From contig JARYLV010000005.1 of the NCBI GenBank assembly GCA_029907465.1, positions 22,231-86,230 on the forward strand: a stretch of 64,000 nucleotides of DNA, written 5' to 3'. Positions 58,351-64,000 of this stretch are shown one piece after another. The translations under genes and the position numbers were made by a program. The notes beneath the pieces are model-generated. The model ran no database searches. It had not been told where the DNA came from and was given only the letters and a program-made list of their open reading frames with translations. How positions within the stretch are numbered: position 1 is the first letter of the stretch; each line of letters starts with the position of its first letter. Source of the stretch: Methanomassiliicoccales archaeon (GTDB lineage Archaea > Thermoplasmatota > Thermoplasmata > Methanomassiliicoccales > JACIVX01).

Positions 58351-59214
58351 ATGGAAAGCGGGAATGTTTTAAGGCAGACATGGACGCTCATGATTCGCGA
58401 GCTGAAACACTGGTATCGCGTCAAAATTCAGATTTTCATGGCCCTCATACAACCTATAGTTTGGCTCGGACTTTTTGGACAGGCGTTCCAGCTTAACAAA
58501 TTAATTCCGGCGGGCGACCAGATTCCGGGATCATTGCCGCCTTTTAATTTTTCCTTAATGTTTGCCGGAGCTCCAGATTATTTCTCCTACATGGCCGCAG
58601 GCATGCTCGCTGTGATCGTCTTATTCACTTGCATGTTCGGCGGGATGTCGATCGTCTGGGATAGAAGGTTTGGATTCCTCGACAAGCTACGCGCATCGCC
58701 GATTCCGAGAGGAGTAATTCCAGTTTCAAGGATTGGAGCAACGGTCATTCGTGCTATGATTCAGATGCTGATCGTCTTCGTTATTGCACTCCTCTTCACG
58801 TACGTACCAGGACTCACTGGGCTAACCCTCAACCCCGGATTCAATGCACTGGACTTCGTCGGACTATTCCTCGCTATGCTGCTACTTGCAATAGCGTTTG
58901 CGTCGTTATTCACAACAATCGCGCTCGCTGTTGAAAACCAGGAAACTCTTTTCGGCGTGATCAATCTACTGAACCTCCCGATCATGTTCGCATCTGCGGC
59001 CCTATTCCCAACGACCCTCATGCCAGACTGGCTAAAGGCGGTAGCAAACTACAACCCGTTGACGCTTGCCGTCGATGCAGCAAGGATATTCATATTCCAC
59101 AATCCGAATCCAATCTACAACCTCTGGATCGACCTCGGTGGACTTGCACTCTTTGCATTCACGCTACTGGCAATCAGCGTTATACTCTCGAGAAAGCTAA
59201 TGGGCGCAAAGTGA
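58351..59214 (+). CDS. ABC-2 type transporter permease
   Basis: Six TM helices. It follows the ATPase directly, and T-runs follow at 59225-59241. Confidence 0.8.
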   Translation: MESGNVLRQTWTLMIRELKHWYRVKIQIFMALIQPIVWLGLFGQAFQLNKLIPAGDQIPGSLPPFNFSLMFAGAPDYFSYMAAGMLAVIVLFTCMFGGMSIVWDRRFGFLDKLRASPIPRGVIPVSRIGATVIRAMIQMLIVFVIALLFTYVPGLTGLTLNPGFNALDFVGLFLAMLLLAIAFASLFTTIALAVENQETLFGVINLLNLPIMFASAALFPTTLMPDWLKAVANYNPLTLAVDAARIFIFHNPNPIYNLWIDLGGLALFAFTLLAISVILSRKLMGAK

Positions 59215-59224
59215 AGGACGCTGG

Positions 59225-59241
59225 TTTTTTTCTTCTTTTTT
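59225..59241 (+). terminator. Oligo-T terminator after the PadR-ABC operon
   Basis: A T7 run, then CTTC, then a T6 run, starting 11 nt after the stop. Confidence 0.5.
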
Positions 59242-59452
59242 ATTCCTTTAATTGCAATCTTATTGCAACCAATGATAGATGAAACAATTATTCCCTCGAT
59301 TTGGCTGATGACACGATTTGAAGTCAATCATTCCATAGCCATCTATCTTGGTCTATTGTCATTGATTTTCCAAATTTCGATCAAATAATCCATCAGAAAC
59401 TGATAACAACTTTTATCAGGGGAGATCATATTGAGGGCATTCGGGCGCGGGA

Positions 59453-60388
59453 ATGAGACTTTGGGACTTTGCAAGACTCAAGGGATCAAAGATAAAAATA
59501 AGTGAGAAAATCGGAAAACCACTTGGACTTGTTGACGGGAGCCAGGTCTTTAGTTCGATGTTCCGCTATGACTACAACGGCAGGACGAGTTACGAGATCG
59601 TCCTTTCAACATTCGGGCCTGAAAACTACAGAGAAATATGTGACGCAACTTTCTATATGCTGGATGTTCCCGGAGCATGTGCACAGATTGCAAAATTCCT
59701 TGGCGATAGGAATATCGACATTCTTAACTCCGTATCCCTCAGCGTCATTTCAAACGTTTGCATGATGTGGAAAATGCTTGTCGACTTGAGTTACTACGGC
59801 GATTATGAAACTCTCCAAGAAGAATTCGCAAAGCTGAAACAAGAGCGGTCTTCACTCATAGACAAGGTTGAAGCAATGGAGATCAGACCTTCACACATCA
59901 GCGATCGGTATACAAAAGGTGTTGTCCCGCCAGGAACCTCAATAAGGACAAAAACGACGAGGAAAATTCACAGGACCCCATCGATCATCAAGAATGGAGA
60001 GTTCGAAATCCCATCTGAATACCTAGAAACGATAGAGGGAATCGCCGAGGGGCAGATCGTCATGATGGTAGGCGATACAGACGCTTGGATTCTCTCATTG
60101 ACCTTCCTTGACCCGCGTACTGAACTCCTTGAAATCGATTTCATCATCCCCGATAAACCTGGTGCGATATATGAAATTACCAAAATACTCGCAAATTTCA
60201 ATATTAACCTCGTGTCAGTATATACAAAAGTACTCGTCTATTACGATACGATGACGCTTGAACTGGTTGGCGACATCACAAACTCGAATTTAAAGGTTGA
60301 AGATCTGAAGGAAGAGATCAAGGAAAGAGTTATGAAACTAAAGGGTAGATATGAACTGATCAGAATTGAAAAAATCGAAATCCCATAA
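59453..60388 (+). CDS. Hypothetical protein with two ACT-like domains, each preceded by an AbrB/SpoVT-like segment
   Basis: ACT-like segments: YMLDVPGACAQIAKFLGDRNIDILN and IIPDKPGAIYEITKILANFNINLVS. AbrB-like segments: KIKISEKIGKPLGLVDGSQV and EFEIPSEYLETIEGIAEGQIV. Domain calls are pattern-based only. Confidence 0.5.
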   Translation: MRLWDFARLKGSKIKISEKIGKPLGLVDGSQVFSSMFRYDYNGRTSYEIVLSTFGPENYREICDATFYMLDVPGACAQIAKFLGDRNIDILNSVSLSVISNVCMMWKMLVDLSYYGDYETLQEEFAKLKQERSSLIDKVEAMEIRPSHISDRYTKGVVPPGTSIRTKTTRKIHRTPSIIKNGEFEIPSEYLETIEGIAEGQIVMMVGDTDAWILSLTFLDPRTELLEIDFIIPDKPGAIYEITKILANFNINLVSVYTKVLVYYDTMTLELVGDITNSNLKVEDLKEEIKERVMKLKGRYELIRIEKIEIP

Positions 60389-61159
60389 GTAGGAAGTTGA
60401 TCCCTCTTGCAGTTGATTTGATACAGATCTGGGTAGCCTATAACTAAAATGAGCATTTTTGCGAGAATATTGAAAAAACGTATCACGCCTTTCAAGAAAT
60501 AATGGAGATAACGATAGAGATTTTGAATTATGAGAAGCCCATTGGGACGATGAACGAATAATGACTTCGTTTATCATCGATTCGGTTAACGATGATATAA
60601 AACTAAATATGCGTAAGTAATTTCGCTTCTGAAACGGCACTTGCGAAACAAGTCGCAAGAACAAACCAGCGATGAAGGATCGAGAAGAAAAACGAGACAA
60701 AAAGAGGTCTCGGCTGCCCCCGAAGATCAGTAAAAAGGGAAGAAATCGATGCGTTTGAATGCACGCGTATCAAGAGGTCGATTTCGACATACGTCGAGAA
60801 ATCCAGAAAGTCGAAAGAGCGCCACCTAATAATTAGAGAGGCATCGCGGTAATAAAAAGTGAATGGGATGATGATAGCAATAACCGATGATGAGTGTCCT
60901 CACTTGAGCTGCCGGAACGAGCTTTGCGGAAAAGAAGTAGTTGAGGCCATCTTGGTTATGTCATCTCCACCGAAATTCCCGAATCGATCAACTCATCGGT
61001 GGAAAAAAAGAAGTTCAAACGATCAGAACCTATTTTTCGATCTATTTACTAAGTCAGTTGGCCACAGCCCTTACTTTTCTGGCCATATTAAATGTAACTA
61101 TCTCAATAATTTGAATTTTATCTTTAATAAAGAAAAAAGGAGGACAGGAGGATATAAGA

Positions 61160-64000
61160 ATGGAAGCTAACGAGAAGATTTGTGCAACCAGGACTTGCGA
61201 CATAGGCGCCCAGCCTATAATAATATCCGCTTCAGAGAAGAACATTGAGACGACATGGGATCGTTATGAAACACAGCTACCACAATGTGGATTCGGTGAA
61301 CTGGGTATCTGCTGCAGGAACTGTCTGCAGGGCCCCTGCAGAATAGATCCTTTTGGTGGAGAACCTAAGAAAGGGATCTGCGGAGCGAGAGACTATACGA
61401 TCGTTGCGAGAAACATCATTAGGAACATCGCGGGCGGTGCTGCCGCACACTCAGGCCATGGCAGACATATCGCTGAGACGATGCTGAAGGCGATCGAAGG
61501 CAAAACTACGGCTTATAAGATTAAAGACGTGGGCAAACTCAAGAGAGTTGCCAAGCGTATTGGCATCGAGACCGAAAAAATCGACACTAACGAACTTGCG
61601 AAAGAGGTTGTGATGCAGGCCCTCGAAGATTACTCGCGATACGAGCGCAAACCGCTGACGTTCACAACGACGACAATCACGAAAGCCCGCACTAAGTTAT
61701 TCGAGGAAAAGGGTGTAATGCCAGACAATATTGACCATGCAATTTCCGATGTGATGCACCGCACAACACTCGGTTGTGATGCTGATCCTGTCCCTATTCT
61801 TTTTGGCGGCATCAAATGCGCGATTGCCGACTACAATGGTATGCAGATTTCGACTGACTTATCCGATATTCTTTTTGGGACACCGCGTCTCGTTAGAACC
61901 TATGCCAATCTCGGCGCGCTGAAACCAGATGCGGTTAACATCGCAGTTCATGGCCACAATCCAGTCCTCAGCGACATAATCGTTGATGTTGCGAGGGAAA
62001 TGGAGGAGGAGGCAAGAGCTGCCGGTGCATCGGGCATCAACATCGTCGGTATCTGCTGCACCGGGAACGAGACGTTGATGAGGAAAGGCGTCGCGATGGT
62101 TTCGAACTTCGCTTCACAGGAGCTTGTGCTCGCGACGGGCGTTGTTGACCTAGTGGTTGTGGATTACCAATGTGTCATGCCCTCTGTCGCAGAAATCTGT
62201 TCATGCCTTCACACCGAGATGATCACTACAATGCCAAATGTCCACATCCCTTACGCAACGCATGTTCAATTCAGAGAGGAGGATGCTGAGAAGAGCGCCA
62301 GATCAATCATCCAGATGGCTATCGAGGCGTTCAAGAAGAGGGATAAGAGCAAGGCGAATGTACCAGATGTCAAGTACGAGGTCATTGCGGGATTCAGTCT
62401 TGAACAAATTGAGGAACTTTGCTCGAAATTCAACCAAGACGATCCAATCATGCACGTTGTTGATAATATCCGCAACGGAACGATCAGGGGAATCGCTCTG
62501 ATGGCTGGATGCAACAACCAGAAAGCCGTGCAGGATTTCAACCATATCACCATTGCAAAAGCACTCATAAAGAACGATGTTCTCGTGCTCGCTACAGGAT
62601 GTTCCGCAGGCGCGTTTGCGAAACAAGGTTTGCTTTCCGCCGAAGCGACGGAGAAATACGCGGGGGAGGGCCTCAAGAAATTCTTGAAGGAGCTCGGAGA
62701 GAAAAATGGCATTAATCTACCCCCGATATGGCACATGGGCTCTTGCGTAGATAACACGCGTGCTGCGAATTTTGCAACGGCGATCGCCAATAGATTTGGC
62801 GTCGATGTTCACCAGATTCCTTTTGTCGCCAGCGCACCTGAAGCGAATCATGAGAAAGCGGTTTCGATCGGTACATGGGCCGTTGCTCTTGGATTACCTG
62901 TTCATGTGGGGACGATCAACTACATTTTCGGGTCATCACTCGTCACTGAAGTACTCGAGAACACGGCGAGAGACGTCTACGGCGGATACTTCATCTTTGA
63001 GAGGGATCCGTTCAAAGCCGCAAAGAAGCTCCTCAACACTGTCGAGTATAGACGTTGGGTTCTCGGCCTTGATAACAAGTATGTTGTGGAAAGTGGTGAG
63101 CCGATCAGCCAGAAGAGATTGTTCGAGATGGCGATCGAGGGTGCAATCATAGCGGTGGGGTACGCTGATCAGCTTCTAAGCGTCGCAATTGAGAAGTATG
63201 GATATGATCAGAAGATAGAATATCCAGATACTGGTTTCGAACTTCCATCGATTTATGCATGGGATGGGAGGGAGGTCAAGAAGCTTGGTGATCTGCCACC
63301 AATACTCGGTAAAGTCAGAGGGAAGATCAGAGAGGAGCCCACATATGAAAATGCACTAATCGCAGGCGAGGCGACAATGATTGCGGCGGAAATTGTTGAG
63401 GCGTTGAAATACATCGAGACGGATAAGCCCTACGAAGGGACACCGTACTGCGGGTTCGTGCCCGACAGGACACTGAGAGAACTGGGTATTGCGTTCGTTG
63501 ACGACACGATACCAGGCTGTGCTGTGCTCGTCGGCTGTGCCAAGAACCCGAAGGACCTTGCCAAGATCGTGAGGGACTGCCAGAGCAAGGGGATGCTCAT
63601 TATCGCGACGTTCGACACCATCAGGCAGCTACGTGATGAAAACATCAAGATGGGTCTCGATCGGATGCTGTATCCGGTTGGTGAATTCACTCAGGCGATA
63701 CATGGTCTGAACTTCGCGATTAGGGCTGCGCTTGCGTTCGGCGGTATCAAGAGAGGTGACCGCGAGAATCTCTACAAGTATCTTTCAAAGAGGCCAAAAG
63801 TCTTTGTGCTCCAGATGGGCCCCATTGACCATATTAAGGCTGCTGCAGAGTTCGCCGTCCTCTTTAACGGTTCCCCGACGATCACCGATCAGGACGTCGA
63901 GGCGATTCCTGACAAGTATGTTGTGCAGAAAGATTACGACAAAATGATCCAGACGGCAATCGAAGTCAGGAACATCAAAGTCAAGCTCGCGCCCGTTAAC
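61160..64000 (+). CDS. Ni-CO dehydrogenase (CooS/AcsA type) fused in frame to bacterial-type acetyl-CoA synthase (AcsB N-terminal domain visible); 3' end outside the window
   Basis: Hand translation from ATG 61160, preceded by aaaGGAGGacaGGAGGatataaga, gives 947 codons with no stop. CODH motifs: CGFGELGICCRNCLQGPCRI..GICGA, AVHGHNP, GICCTGNE, VDYQCVMP, MAGCNN, ATGCSAG, HMGSCVDN. From about nt 63110 the AcsB-like sequence is YPDTGFELPSIYAWDGREVKKLGDLPPILGK, GEATMIAAEIVEALKY, YPVGEFTQAIHGLNFAIRAALAFGG. Confidence 0.9.
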   Translation, partial: MEANEKICATRTCDIGAQPIIISASEKNIETTWDRYETQLPQCGFGELGICCRNCLQGPCRIDPFGGEPKKGICGARDYTIVARNIIRNIAGGAAAHSGHGRHIAETMLKAIEGKTTAYKIKDVGKLKRVAKRIGIETEKIDTNELAKEVVMQALEDYSRYERKPLTFTTTTITKARTKLFEEKGVMPDNIDHAISDVMHRTTLGCDADPVPILFGGIKCAIADYNGMQISTDLSDILFGTPRLVRTYANLGALKPDAVNIAVHGHNPVLSDIIVDVAREMEEEARAAGASGINIVGICCTGNETLMRKGVAMVSNFASQELVLATGVVDLVVVDYQCVMPSVAEICSCLHTEMITTMPNVHIPYATHVQFREEDAEKSARSIIQMAIEAFKKRDKSKANVPDVKYEVIAGFSLEQIEELCSKFNQDDPIMHVVDNIRNGTIRGIALMAGCNNQKAVQDFNHITIAKALIKNDVLVLATGCSAGAFAKQGLLSAEATEKYAGEGLKKFLKELGEKNGINLPPIWHMGSCVDNTRAANFATAIANRFGVDVHQIPFVASAPEANHEKAVSIGTWAVALGLPVHVGTINYIFGSSLVTEVLENTARDVYGGYFIFERDPFKAAKKLLNTVEYRRWVLGLDNKYVVESGEPISQKRLFEMAIEGAIIAVGYADQLLSVAIEKYGYDQKIEYPDTGFELPSIYAWDGREVKKLGDLPPILGKVRGKIREEPTYENALIAGEATMIAAEIVEALKYIETDKPYEGTPYCGFVPDRTLRELGIAFVDDTIPGCAVLVGCAKNPKDLAKIVRDCQSKGMLIIATFDTIRQLRDENIKMGLDRMLYPVGEFTQAIHGLNFAIRAALAFGGIKRGDRENLYKYLSKRPKVFVLQMGPIDHIKAAAEFAVLFNGSPTITDQDVEAIPDKYVVQKDYDKMIQTAIEVRNIKVKLAPVN

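Noticed and set aside
60862-60915. A possible C/D-box sRNA (GGATGATGAtagcaataaccGATGATGAgtg...).
   Set aside because: Two C-like boxes are present, but there are no CUGA D/D' boxes at the required spacing. A similar check at 59268-59330 also failed.
61059-61085. Two TGGCCA palindromes 21 nt apart, just upstream of the TATA-like box of the CODH/ACS gene.
   Set aside because: Hexamer palindromes of this kind are expected many times by chance in 64 kb. Without conservation data, this is too weak to call an operator.
60859-61170. A 103-aa ORF just upstream of and overlapping the CODH/ACS start.
   Set aside because: It has no motifs, a odd composition and an end inside the RBS/start of the CODH gene, so it is probably a chance ORF in the leader.
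62266-62790. A 174-aa minus-strand ORF, plus several 60-130 aa ORFs between 61630 and 63947.
   Set aside because: All overlap the long open CODH/ACS frame, which carries complete metal-cluster motifs, so they are shadow ORFs.
1-64000. I looked for CRISPR arrays, cas genes, transposases, integrases, reverse transcriptases, toxin-antitoxin pairs and known defence-system ATPases or nucleases.
   Set aside because: No regularly spaced direct repeats were found, and no ORF has motifs of these families. The only mobile-type element I can support is the RadA mini-intein.

Overview
Calls rest on my own motif recognition and hand translation or folding, with no database search. This is an archaeal chromosomal window, mostly housekeeping genes. 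The archaeal assignment comes from the L44e-S27e-aIF2alpha-Nop10-PAC2 operon, RadA plus RadB, XPD, Bud32, a class I CCA-adding enzyme, and the ether-lipid genes IPK-IDI2-GGPPS and DGGGPS-GGGPS. Two intron-containing tRNAs and an unlinked 5S rRNA also fit. A Thermoplasmata-like euryarchaeon is my inference only. I support about 60 CDS, three tRNAs (Pro-UGG, Tyr-GUA with intron, Leu-UAA with intron), one 5S rRNA, a mini-intein in the RadA P-loop, an 18-nt perfect tandem duplication, and one promoter/terminator-flanked GC-rich hairpin that may be a small RNA.

Most notable: (1) At the 3' edge, one reading frame stays open from 61160 to the window end. It encodes a complete CooS/AcsA-type Ni-CO dehydrogenase that runs without a stop into the N-terminal domain of a bacterial-type acetyl-CoA synthase (AcsB). 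This is an apparent single-polypeptide CODH-ACS fusion in an archaeal genome, with cooT-cooC nickel-maturation genes 5.6 kb upstream. (2) A 1650-aa surface protein combines FG-GAP/VCBS repeats, six PKD domains, one TM helix, a cytoplasmic Roadblock-like domain and a zinc ribbon. It sits next to DUF835 and TM-plus-zinc-ribbon genes, which may form an outside-in signalling module. (3) Several uncharacterised gene pairs: an MtaA/UroD-like methyltransferase with a Cys4 protein, an MJ0619/Tes-like radical SAM with a Cys-rich miniprotein, and a duplicated AbrB-like/ACT protein upstream of the CODH/ACS gene.

No CRISPR array, transposase, integrase or recognisable defence system was seen.
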